From an uncultured delta proteobacterium (lineage in GTDB: Bacteria > Myxococcota_A > Polyangia > Polyangiales > Polyangiaceae): 64,000 nt of DNA. The stretch covers positions 704,001 through 768,000 of the forward strand of contig CAVOKF010000007.1 in NCBI GenBank assembly GCA_963696385.1, read 5' to 3'. The translations under genes were made by a program, and so were the position numbers. Below are positions 28,596 to 39,100 of this stretch, in pieces. Each line of letters starts with the position of its first letter. Positions within the stretch are counted from its first letter, which is position 1. The notes under the pieces were generated by a model. That model was not told the origin of the DNA. It did not search any database and worked only from the letters and a program-made list of their open reading frames with translations.

Positions 28596-30866
28596 CTAAA
28601 ACTCCGCGCCGACGCTCAGTCGCTTGAGCTTGGCACCACGGACCCACCAATCGAAGACCAGCCTCGTGCAGAACACGCCGGTGAACAGGCTGCACAAGAT
28701 GCCCACGATGAGCGTCACGGCGAACCCCTTGACCGGCCCGCTGCCGTACTGCGCCAGAATGAGACCGGTGATGAGGACGGTCATGTGACCGTCGATGATC
28801 GACGGCCATGCGCGCGAGTATCCGGCGTCGACCGCCGAACGAACCGTTTTGCCCGTCCGCAGCTCCTCGCGGATGCGCTCGTTGATGAGAACGTTCGCGT
28901 CGACACTCATCCCGAGCGTCAGCGTCAGGCCGGCGATGCCCGGCAGCGTCATCGTCGCGCCGAAACTCGCGAGCACCGCGAGCTGCAGCATCAAGTTGAA
29001 CATGACCCCGATGTCGGCGACGATTCCCGACTTGCGGTAGTACAGGAACATGAAGAGCAGCACGGCGGTCGACCCGATGAGACCGCCTTTGAGCGCCTCT
29101 TTGATCGAGTCGCGTCCGAGCGACGGACCGATCGTCTGCTCCGAGCTCGGAGTGATCGGCGCGGGAAGCGCTCCTGACCGGAGAACGAGCTCGAGCTGTT
29201 TTGCGTCGTGCAGCTGCTTTTCCGGATCGCCCGCGCCCATCGTGATGGTCGCCCTGCCCCCGCCGATTTTCTGTTTGATGACCGGTGCGGAGTCGACCAT
29301 GTCGTCGAGAATGATGGCAAAACGCCGATCGACGTTCGCGCCCGTCACTTCTTCGAAACGGTCGGCGCCCGCGGGCGAGAACGACAGGAGCACGTAGTAT
29401 TGGCCGAAGTTCTGCTGGTCCTGCCCGATGCTCGCGTCCGTGATGTAGTCGCCCGTGAGCTCGGCGCGGCCGAACAAATACAAGGTTCTCCAGCCGACTT
29501 GCTTGAATTGCAGCGGTTCGGTCCCCTCAACGGGCTCGGTGACCCCCTCGAACCCGACCACGTGATCGTCGGGAATCGTGAGCGTTTTGGTCCACGCCTT
29601 GAAGCGAGCCAGGCAGTCGGTCAGCGTTTCGGTGGGGTACTTCGGCGGCTGGCAGGACAATCGCGTGTAGAACGCGCGCGTCGACTTGCGGTGGCCGGAG
29701 GCGTCGAGCCCGTCGGGGGCAACCTCTTGGTATTGCGCGATGCCTTCACCATCGGGAATTTCGTCGGCTTTCAACGCGGGCGGCCCGAAGACCTTTTCGC
29801 TGCCGCCGTCGTCGACCATTTTGAACTCGAGCCGGGCCGTCCGCCGAATCGTGTCTTTGATCTCGCGGAAACTTTCTTCATTGCTTCCCGGCACTTCGAC
29901 GATGATGTCCTCGTCGCGCGTCGTGACGGAGGCTTCGCGCAACCCGAGACCGTCGACGCGACGCGAGACCGTATCCTTTGCTTGGGCGACCGCACGATCG
30001 CGAATTTGCGACTCGACGTCGGCGCGGATTTTGAAAGTCGTCTCGTCGTCGCCCGGGCCGGGTGACTGCGAAAGCTCGCCCACGAATTTTCTCAGGAACC
30101 GATCGTCGAGTTTGGACTTGTCGCTTCGGTCCTTGAACTTGAGCCGGATGATCGCCGTTTCGGGTTGCGCGACGTGAACTCTCTCCTCGAGCTTCGCGAG
30201 CTCGTCGCGGGTCACACGGCCCTGACCCGAGTGAAAGGCAAACGACGTCGCGAGCTCCTGACGCATCTCGTCGGCAAAGTGGTCGCGCTTGTCGCGAATG
30301 GCCTCGTCGACCTCGACGGTATAAACCAGGCGAAGCCCGCCGCTCAGGTCGAGACCTGGCGCAATCGCAAAGGTCTCATTTTCTTTGAGGAACGCGGGGC
30401 AGTGGAGCCGACTCCCGATGAAGCGTCCCGCGGCCGCAAGGGGCGTCATCCACGACGGGCCGATGGGCAGGGGCGTGTCGGCGCGCGGCAGAATTCCGTC
30501 GAAGGTGGGCCACAGCGCGAGGAAAGCCCCAACGAACATGGCGGCGACGAACCCCACCTTGAGTCGCCAAGGACCGTCCATGACGGGCAGAAGCGAGAAG
30601 GACGCCCAAACGGCACCGAGCCCGGCGACGAGCAGGCCCCAAAAGTTGTCGAAGTGATAAAAAAGCGCGCCCGAACCAATCGCGAGCACGATGGCGAGGA
30701 GCGCATTGCGGCGCGCCGGAGTCTTCACGGTCCAGACGCAGAAGCCCATGACGGCCGCGGTCGCACCGACGACGGCGAGCGGGTCGCCGCGCAAGAACAC
30801 GGCGAGCGTGCCCAACGCAACGGCGAGCGCTCCGCTCAGGATGGCGAGGACGCTTTTCTTCGGCAT
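28596..30866 (-). CDS. secD: protein translocase subunit SecD
   Basis: GLDLSGG, RRVDGLGLRE, LRSGALPAP, IGPSLG, TLPGIAG, GMSVDANVLINERIREE. Confidence 0.96.
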   Translation of the reverse strand: MPKKSVLAILSGALAVALGTLAVFLRGDPLAVVGATAAVMGFCVWTVKTPARRNALLAIVLAIGSGALFYHFDNFWGLLVAGLGAVWASFSLLPVMDGPWRLKVGFVAAMFVGAFLALWPTFDGILPRADTPLPIGPSWMTPLAAAGRFIGSRLHCPAFLKENETFAIAPGLDLSGGLRLVYTVEVDEAIRDKRDHFADEMRQELATSFAFHSGQGRVTRDELAKLEERVHVAQPETAIIRLKFKDRSDKSKLDDRFLRKFVGELSQSPGPGDDETTFKIRADVESQIRDRAVAQAKDTVSRRVDGLGLREASVTTRDEDIIVEVPGSNEESFREIKDTIRRTARLEFKMVDDGGSEKVFGPPALKADEIPDGEGIAQYQEVAPDGLDASGHRKSTRAFYTRLSCQPPKYPTETLTDCLARFKAWTKTLTIPDDHVVGFEGVTEPVEGTEPLQFKQVGWRTLYLFGRAELTGDYITDASIGQDQQNFGQYYVLLSFSPAGADRFEEVTGANVDRRFAIILDDMVDSAPVIKQKIGGGRATITMGAGDPEKQLHDAKQLELVLRSGALPAPITPSSEQTIGPSLGRDSIKEALKGGLIGSTAVLLFMFLYYRKSGIVADIGVMFNLMLQLAVLASFGATMTLPGIAGLTLTLGMSVDANVLINERIREELRTGKTVRSAVDAGYSRAWPSIIDGHMTVLITGLILAQYGSGPVKGFAVTLIVGILCSLFTGVFCTRLVFDWWVRGAKLKRLSVGAEF

Positions 30867-30891
30867 GTCGTTCTCGAGCCGCCGGCGCGGA

Positions 30892-31307
30892 TCACTTCTT
30901 TTCCGGTAGCGCCTTGGCTTCCTTCAGATCTTTGGCCGGGACCTTCTCCGGCTCGACGAAGGGCGACACCGTATTGGCGACGATCTGCAGCGTGACACCC
31001 GCGGCGACCTTCACTTTCGCGATGCGGTCATCCATCTCGACCAGCTCGCCGATGAGCCCCGCATTGGTCATCACCCGATCCCCCTTCTTGAGCGAGGCGC
31101 GCGCCGCCGATTCTTTCTTTTGTCGACGCGACATCAGCAAGAAGAAAGGCACGAAGATGACCAGCATCACCAGAATCGGCAGAAATCCGGCAACGGGCGA
31201 TCCGGCGGGCGGCCCCGCGGCGGGACCGGGGAAGAGTCTTGGACCACCCCCGGCACCGCGGCCTTTGGCTGGACGTTCTGGGCGAGCAACAGGTCGTTGG
31301 AGAGCAT
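30892..31307 (-). CDS. yajC: preprotein translocase subunit YajC (frameshift near 31230)
   Basis: TM helix then RQKKE..LKKGDRVMTNAGLIG. Adding one C in a C-run joins MLSNDLLLAQNVQPK... to this frame; lies upstream of secD. Confidence 0.9.
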
Positions 31308-31578
31308 GGGGGAGGACACGGGTACGGCTCCACAAAAGAGCGCGTCCGGCGGGGTCCAGACGCGGCCGCGGGTGGATAGTCCTGGGCTGCGGTGCCGTCA
31401 ACCCGCAGCGGCACCCGCGGACCCGCAGCTCGGCCGCCGGCATGCCGGGGTGACGAACGCCGTCTCTCGCGCGTCTCTGACAAGGGCCGCCGCGTGTTCG
31501 ACCCCATTTTCACGCAAAGCTGGTCCGTAGCCTTCGCAAGTGGCACGCTATCCAGACCTGGCGCTCAGGCGCTCCCCG

Positions 31579-32532
31579 ATGCTGCGTCGATCCTCCGTCC
31601 TCGTCATCGTCACGGCCGCAGCGTCCGGGCTCGGCCTGGCGCGGGTCGCCCACGGAGTCGGCGAGTCGCGCGCTGGCATCGCCGCGCACGCGACCTTCGC
31701 GGCGACATCGCCTTTCGCCGCCATCGTCTCTGCCGGCGACGAGGGCGAACACGACGAACCGCATGCGGGCGGGGCGAGCGACAACCCCTACGAAGAGTCC
31801 GCCTCCTCGCCGGCCCGCGCGGCAGTGGCCCGGGTGCCTGTGGTCTTCGAGGGCGGAATGCTGCGCCTGCCCGGCGGCCGCTTCGTCATGGGCTCGCTCA
31901 ACGCGCGCAGCCCAGCCAACGAGCGCCCCTCGCGACCCACGACCGTGGGGGCGTTCTGGATGGATCGCACCGAAGTCACTGTGGGGGCGTACCGCACATG
32001 CGTCGATGCGCAGACCTGCGACCGACCCAGCCGATCGAGCCCCCATTGCACCTACGACACAGGCGATCGGGAGCTGCCCGTATCGTGCGTTCACTGGCGA
32101 GACGCGGACGCTTACTGCCGTTTTGTCCAAAAGCGGCTCCCGACCGAGGCGGAATGGGAGTACGCCGCGCACGGCACCCTGCCGGTGGCATTCCCCTGGG
32201 GTGGCAACTCATCGTGCTCGAACGCGATCACGCTCATTAACGATCAGTCCGCCAAGAGCTGCGCGCCAAGTCCGGCGCGCGTCGGATCGCACCCGAGCGG
32301 CGCCAGCGTGTTCGGGGTCCAGGATCTGAGCGGCAACGTCGAAGAATGGACCGCCGACTGGTACACGGAATCCGTGGCCCCCGGTCCGGCGCCACGCGCA
32401 GGGGCCGCGCACGTGCTTCGGGGCGGAGGCTGGCTGTCTCCGCCTTCGCTCAGTCGCACGACCGCACGGAACTGGGGGTCGGCGCTCGAATCGGGCCCGA
32501 ACGTCGGCTTCCGCTGCGCTCGTGACGACTGA
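31579..32532 (+). CDS. FGE-sulfatase (SUMF1) domain protein, exported
   Basis: FVMGS..NERP, RTEVT, RLPTEAEWEYAA, DLSGNVEEW, RGGGW, GFRCA. Confidence 0.93.
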   Translation: MLRRSSVLVIVTAAASGLGLARVAHGVGESRAGIAAHATFAATSPFAAIVSAGDEGEHDEPHAGGASDNPYEESASSPARAAVARVPVVFEGGMLRLPGGRFVMGSLNARSPANERPSRPTTVGAFWMDRTEVTVGAYRTCVDAQTCDRPSRSSPHCTYDTGDRELPVSCVHWRDADAYCRFVQKRLPTEAEWEYAAHGTLPVAFPWGGNSSCSNAITLINDQSAKSCAPSPARVGSHPSGASVFGVQDLSGNVEEWTADWYTESVAPGPAPRAGAAHVLRGGGWLSPPSLSRTTARNWGSALESGPNVGFRCARDD

Positions 32533-32539
32533 AAGGGCC

Positions 32540-33340
32540 ATGATCCCGAACGCGGTGTCGTTCGAGCACCGGACCGTCGACGAACTGACCATCGGCGACG
32601 AGCGATCGTTTCGCCATGTCGCGCTCTATTCCGATTTGAAGTCGATCCTGCGCCGCAGCCGATACCCGTTCCGCATTCTGCCCAAGACGCCACCGGCGCG
32701 CGCGGACCGGGCCCTGCTGCTCAATCTCACATTTTGGGCGCCGGACGAAGGCGGAGACGTGCTGGTCGACCTCCACGTCGAAGCGGACGTCGTCGCGCAT
32801 GCGGCCTGGCACCATCTCGCCGCGCGGGCTTTCGCCACGCATCCAGGGCGTCGTCGTGCGTCGGTCCACGCACTTTTTCTCGGAGAGGCTATCGCGAGCG
32901 CGTTCGACGTCTATCTGGTCGGGCGTTTGCTGGGCCATGCCCCGCGATCGACGTTTCTCGAAACCCAAGTTCCCGCGATGGCCGAGGCGGCCTTTGCCGC
33001 GGGCCTCTCCGAAGACGGGTTCGAGCGGCTGCTCGAGCAAATCGCTGCCGATCCCGATGGCGCGTTTCGCGACCTCCGCGAGCTGCTTTACGACGCGACG
33101 AGCGCGGTGTTCGCGTGCCACGGGTGCGAGGAGGCGTACGCGGCTCTCGTCGCATTCGACGGACATCGCTTCGGCCCGCTGCTGCATCGATACGAGATTT
33201 CGAACTGGGTGCTTTACGCCAGGGCCCACGGCGACGGCGATGGGGTCGATTCGCGTGTGCAGGACGTCGACCGGGCGATCCGCCAAGGGGACGCCCTCGG
33301 GTGGCTCGGTGCGCACTGGATCGACCCGGCGATGGCCTGA
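32540..33340 (+). CDS. hypothetical helical protein (zincin-like His/Glu motif)
   Basis: Well-formed ORF immediately after the FGE gene; HAAWHH and GEAIASAFD. Confidence 0.75.
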   Translation: MIPNAVSFEHRTVDELTIGDERSFRHVALYSDLKSILRRSRYPFRILPKTPPARADRALLLNLTFWAPDEGGDVLVDLHVEADVVAHAAWHHLAARAFATHPGRRRASVHALFLGEAIASAFDVYLVGRLLGHAPRSTFLETQVPAMAEAAFAAGLSEDGFERLLEQIAADPDGAFRDLRELLYDATSAVFACHGCEEAYAALVAFDGHRFGPLLHRYEISNWVLYARAHGDGDGVDSRVQDVDRAIRQGDALGWLGAHWIDPAMA

Positions 33341-33351
33341 CGACGATCGCG

Positions 33352-34661
33352 TCAGAGCATGTTGGCCGCAAGCTCCGCCAGGTCGCTGCGCTCGCCTTTG
33401 GCGAGGACGATGTGGGCGGCAAGCCGTTCGCCCCGGAAGCGCTCCGCGGCGACCGTCAGGCCGTTGGAGGCGCTGTCGACGTACGGGTTGTCGATCTGGC
33501 CAGGGTCGCCGGTCAACACGATTTTCGTGCCGTCGCCGGAGCGCGTGATGATGGTCTTCACCTCGTGCGGCGTAAGATTCTGGGCCTCGTCGACGACGAT
33601 GAACTGCTGCGGCAGAGATCGACCGCGGATGTAGGTCAGCGGCTCGACCTGGATCTGGCCGCTCTCGAGGAGCTCCGCATACGCGCGCGGCCCCTTGCGG
33701 GAGCCGGTCGAGAAGAGAAACTCGAGATTGTCGAAGATCGGCTGCATCCACGGGTTGAGCTTCTCGTCGACGTCGCCGGGAAGAAAGCCGATGTCTCGGC
33801 CGAGCGGCATGACCGGACGCGAGACCAGCATGCGCGTGAAGGCGCCGTCCTCCAACGTGCGCTTGAGACCCGCGGCGAGCGCGAGAAGTGTCTTGCCCGT
33901 GCCGGCTTTGCCGACGAGCGTCACCAGGCGAATGGACTCGTCGAGCAGAAGGTCGATGGCGAACGACTGTTCCTTGTTTCGAGGCCGGACCCCCATGACG
34001 CCCTCACGAGGAACGCGGAGCGCGACAATCGCCCGTTTCGTGGCGTCGTAGCGACCCAACGCCGTGTGGGACGGATGCGATCGGTCGCGAAGCAGGATGC
34101 ACGTGTTCGGGGCGGGCGGCGGCTCGTACCCGGGCAACCGCCCGTCGCGGAAGAATGCGTCCACTTCGTCACCGGGCAAATCCATCTCGAGGATGCCGCT
34201 CGTCAATTGCTCGAAGTCGACCCGCTGATTTTCGTAGGTCTCCGAGACCATTCCGAGCGCGTCGGCCCGGATGCGTAGGTTCGTGTCCATCGTCACGAAG
34301 ACGGTCGGCCGACCGCCATCGTTTTCGCGCACGTCGAACGCCGTCTGCAGGATGGCCTGGTCCATCGCCGTGTGATCGATGGCGCTCGGAAGCTCCAGCC
34401 GCTTGCTCGGGACGGCGACGCGCAGCGTCCCCCCGAGTCGAGCGCCACGCCTTTGGCGAGCGATCCGCCCCGGTCGCGCAGCTCGTCGAGCATGCGGGCG
34501 GTCGAACGGGCGTTGCGCCCTCGCTCCGACCCCTCACGCTTGAACTGATCCACCTCTTCGATGGCATAAATGGGAATGATGACGTTGTTGTCCTCGAAGC
34601 GGAAAATAGCGTGCGGATCGTGCAACAGGACGTTGGTGTCGAGGACGTAATTTTTCTTCAT
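33352..34661 (-). CDS. phoH: PhoH2-type PIN-PhoH ATPase (frameshift near 34430)
   Basis: YVLDTNVLLHDP (PIN), GKAGTGKT, IGFLPG, YIRGRS, DEAQN, GDPGQID. One G is missing in a G-run (DSGG|TLRV). Confidence 0.93.
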
Positions 34662-34781
34662 CGGGTACATTTGTGCAGGCGCGGACGACCGCCCGCGTTG
34701 GGAACGATCCAAGTGCCTAGCCCCCCGTAAGGGTACGGCGGCCCCAGCGCAAGATGCGAGCCCGATCTATCGTTACCGGTG

Positions 34782-35939
34782 ATGCAGTCCCCGCCGACCG
34801 ACGTCGCCCCTCCGACGAGCACGGGTCCCGCGTGGCTTCGACGCGAAGCCATCGATCGGCTCATCACTCGGGCGGCTCGCGACATTCAGCCGCTTTCGAC
34901 CCTCACCCCGGTCGACGCCCGGCGTGAACGGAACCGTCTGGTCGACGAGTTAACCGCCCGGCGGCGAGCCATGCCGCGCTGGACGTATGCACCGCGCGAT
35001 CACGACGAGCTGCGGCGGGCGCTCGATGCCGCAGATCGACGGCTGACCGCGACCGTCGACGGGGCGCTCGATGAGCTCTACTTGGCGAGGATCCGCGAAC
35101 TGTCTCTCGAGGCGGCGCTCTGCGCCGCAGCCGGGACGAGCCAGGTCGGTCGGCTGGCCCGCGAGCGCTTCGCCCCCGACGCACACACCGCCGAAGCGGC
35201 GGCGGCGCTGTGCGCCGAATGGCTCGGCGAGGCCGAGCGCGCCGATCCAGCGGCGGCGCGCCTCACGGCGAGCGACGACCCCCGCCCCCACTCGCTGCTG
35301 TCGCGGATGCGCACGGCGGTCGGGCGACTCCGGCTGCCGTTCGCCGTCGTGCCCGCGCCGGCGCTGGCTCCCATCGCGGCCACCGGCGAACGCGCCATTC
35401 TCATCGCGACCGGTCGTCTGCTGTCGGACGAGGATGCGGCGCGAACGGTCTGCCATGAAATCGAGGGCCACGCCCTGCCGCGAGCGCGCGCGCTGCGGGC
35501 CAAATCGGTGTTGTTCCGCGCCGGAACGGCACGCGGCGTCGACGACCAGGAGGGCCGGGCAATCCTCATCGAGCAGCGCGCCGGCTGGCTCGGGCATCAG
35601 CGCCGGCATCATTTGGCCGCGCGGCATCGCGCGGTACAAGCCATGCTGGGGGGGGCATCGTTCGCCGACGTGGCCGAGACGCTCTTCGACGTGCACGGGC
35701 TCGATGCCTCGGAGGCGATCGTCGTGGCCGAGCGCGCCTTCCGCGGTGGAGACGGTCGATGTGCAGGGCTCGGTCGAGAGAGGATTTACCTCGAATCGTT
35801 CGTGCGGGTGCACGCACACCTCGACGCAGCCCCCGACGACGAGCACGTCCTGGCGTCCGGCCAGGTGGCCGTCGGTGCCATCGCCCCTCTGCGCACGTTC
35901 GCACCCGAACGCGCCGAAGCCACTGCGCCGCCGCAGTGA
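34782..35939 (+). CDS. DUF1704 / QEGLA-motif metallopeptidase
   Basis: HEIEGH (HExxxH) and DQEGRA (QEGLA-like), RAFRGG, IYL. Confidence 0.78.
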   Translation: MQSPPTDVAPPTSTGPAWLRREAIDRLITRAARDIQPLSTLTPVDARRERNRLVDELTARRRAMPRWTYAPRDHDELRRALDAADRRLTATVDGALDELYLARIRELSLEAALCAAAGTSQVGRLARERFAPDAHTAEAAAALCAEWLGEAERADPAAARLTASDDPRPHSLLSRMRTAVGRLRLPFAVVPAPALAPIAATGERAILIATGRLLSDEDAARTVCHEIEGHALPRARALRAKSVLFRAGTARGVDDQEGRAILIEQRAGWLGHQRRHHLAARHRAVQAMLGGASFADVAETLFDVHGLDASEAIVVAERAFRGGDGRCAGLGRERIYLESFVRVHAHLDAAPDDEHVLASGQVAVGAIAPLRTFAPERAEATAPPQ

Positions 35940-36181
35940 ACCGCCCGGAATCCGGAAAGTCGGTCCGACGAAGTCCCGCGAGATCGGCGACAATCGACGG
36001 GGATGGCGACAAATGTCGGGATTCGTGGCTTTGCCCAAAAGTCATGATCGGCGTCCGGATTCCCTATTCCGTCATTGCTCAATTGTTCGCATTACGTCAT
36101 AGTTGTCTCCTGCGGGCGATGCGCGCGGGCTTCATGCGCGGAGCCCGCCGCGGCGGTCGGCATCCATCTCGAGGGCCGGAC

Positions 36182-39100
36182 ATGCAATTGAGTGCTTTTG
36201 GTCGTTGGCTCGGCAACTTCGTCCTTATGGGCGTCGGCGGTCTCGCCGCTGCGGCGTGCGGCTCCTCGAGCAGCGAGTTCGGCAAGGTGACTCCCGACGC
36301 TTCGTCGCTCACCGACGGAGGGGGCGTCGTCCTGAATCCGAGCGAAGGGGGCGCTCTGGTCACCGCTTGCGTTCCGAAGACCTGCGCCCAGCTTGGGTAC
36401 ACGTGCGGCCAAAACGCCGACGGCTGTAACGGAACCGTCAACTGCGGAACGTGCGTCGCGCCGGCCTTCTGCGGCGGCGGCGGGTACAGCGTATGCGGAA
36501 CGGGCGTCACCGGGGAACACGAGGGGGGCACGGTCGATGCTGGTTCGCCCTGCGTGCCCAAGACGTGCGCCGAGCTCGGATACAATTGCGGCTATGCGGG
36601 CGACGGCTGCGGCAATCAGCTCGATTGCGGCGGGCCTTCGGCCTGTACCGCGCCGGCGTACTGCGGCGGCGGGGGGCCCGAGCAGTGCGGCGGCAGCGTG
36701 CTCATCGCGGCCGACGGCGGACTCGCCAGCCATTGCACGCCCAAGACCTGCGCCGACCTTGGATACAACTGCGGCCTCGCGGGCGACGGCTGCGGCAACC
36801 AGATCGATTGCGGCGGCGTCTCGGCGTGCGCCACCCCGGAATACTGCGGCGGCGGCGGGGCGAACGTGTGCGGCGGCAACGTCTTCGTCGCGGCCGACGG
36901 CGGCACAGTCAACCTCTGCACCCCCAAGACGTGCGGCGAGCTCGGGTACAACTGCGGCCCCGCAGCCGACGAATGCGGCAACCTTCTGAACTGCGGGACG
37001 TGTACGTTACCGGAGTACTGCGGCGGCGCGGGCCCCAGCCAGTGCGGCGGCACGGCATCGGTCGGCGCCGACGGGGGGATCATCACCCCGTGCGCACCCA
37101 AGACGTGCGCCGAGCTCGGGTACGACTGCGGCTATGCGGGCGACGGGTGCGGCAATCAGCTCGATTGCGGCGGCGCAAGCGCCTGTCCATCGCCGGAATA
37201 CTGTGGCGGGGGCGGGGCGAACGTGTGCGGCGGCAACGTCTTCGTCGCGGCCGACGGCGGCACCGTCAACCTCTGCACCCCCAAGACGTGCGCCCAGCTC
37301 GGGTACAGCTGCGGCCCCGCAGGAGACGGATGCGGCAACCTTCTGAACTGCGGATCGTGCACCTTACCGCAGTACTGCGGCGGCGGTGGAACGAGCGTCT
37401 GCGGCGGAAGCGTCTACGTCGCGGCCGACGGCGGCACGGTCAGCGCCTGCACTCCCCAGACCTGCGCCCAGCTCGGATACAACTGCGGCGCCGCGGGCGA
37501 TGGGTGCGGCAACCTTCTGAACTGCGGATCGTGCACCTCACCGCAGTACTGCGGAGGAGCCGGAGCGAACGTCTGCGGCGGCAGCGTTTACGTCGGGGCC
37601 GACGGCGGCACCGTCAACCTCTGCACCCCCGAGACCTGCGCCCAGCTCGGATACGATTGCGGCCCAGCGGGAGACGGATGCGGCAACCTTCTGAACTGCG
37701 GGTCGTGCGCCCTGCCGCAATACTGCGGCGGCGGCGGAGCCGCGAACGTGTGCGGCGGCAGCGTCTACGTCGCGACCGACGGCGGCACCGTCAACCTCTG
37801 CACCCCCAAGACGTGCGCCGAGCTCGGATACAACTGCGGCCCCGCGGCCGATGGATGCGGCAATCTTCTGAACTGTGGATCGTGCACGTCACCGGAGTAC
37901 TGCGGCGGCGGTGGAACGAGCGTCTGCGGCGGCAGCGTTTACGTCGCGGCCGACGGCGGCACCGTCGACCTCTGCACCCCCAAGACGTGCGCCCAGCTCG
38001 GATACAACTGCGGCCCCGCGGCCGATGGATGCGGCAACTTGCTGCAGTGCGGGACCTGTTTGGGCGCCGACACCTGCGGTGGCGCTGGAGCGGCAGGTGT
38101 CTGCGGGCATACGTGCGGCGGGCTTTGCGCCTACCAGGCGAGCTGCCCGAACGGGCCCCCGACGACCATCACCGGAACGGTCCTCGCCGGCGTGTCCGCA
38201 TGGACGGGGCTCGCGCAGGATCCGGTGCCGAACGTTCTCGTGTACGTGCCGAACGGGCCCTTGACGACCTTGAACCAGGGCTTCACGGTCGGTTCCTGCC
38301 CGCAATGCGGGGCCGACGTCTCGGGTGACCCGCTCGTAACGACGTACACCAACTACGACGGAACGTTCACTCTGACGAACGTCCCGAACCCGCCCGCGGG
38401 CCAGACGCTGCCTCTGGTCATCCAGCTCGGACGCTGGCGCCGCGAGTTCCAGATCGCGCCTCCGGCGCCCTGCGCGGTCACGCCGATCGGCAGCCTCAAC
38501 TTGCCGAGCAACCACACGGAGGGATCGATCCCCGAGACCGCGATTTCGACGGGCGCCGTCGACGCGCTCGAATGCGTGCTGCTGAAGATGGGCGTCGATC
38601 AGGCCGAGTTCACGTCGAATACGGCCAACCCGAGCGGGCGCATTCACGTCTACGCTGGGGGCCCTGGAAACAACGGCGGCAACCCCGGCGCGACCGTGCC
38701 CAACGCCCAGCCGGAGACGACCCTCATGGGCGCCACCGGGACGTATCTGAATTACGACCAGATCCTGTTCCCGTGCTGGGGCGCTGCGGCGACCAAGACA
38801 CCGGCCGAGCTCGCGAATCTGGTGACGTACGCGAACAACGGCGGTCACTTTTTCGCGACGCACTACAGCTACTCGTGGCTCTACGGCAACCCCTACGGTA
38901 CCGGCGTCTACGCGAACGGCGAATTCAACAACGTCGCGACGTGGAATCCCAACTTCAACAATCCCGGCACCGTCACCTGGACGCTCAACGTGAGCAAGGT
39001 CCCACCCGTCGTTCCGGCGCCGATGCACTCGGGGATCTTCTGGCAGTGGCTGAACTTGGTGGACGCTCTCTCGAACTCGAACGTCGCCAATCCGCCGACG

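Noticed and set aside
31540..31555. TGGCACG as a sigma54 -24 box (also at 50091)
   Set aside because: There is no TTGC/GC at the -12 position in either case.
34420..34440. Programmed frameshift separating PIN and PhoH
   Set aside because: No canonical slippery heptamer is evident, and it fits the window-wide pattern of homopolymer indels.
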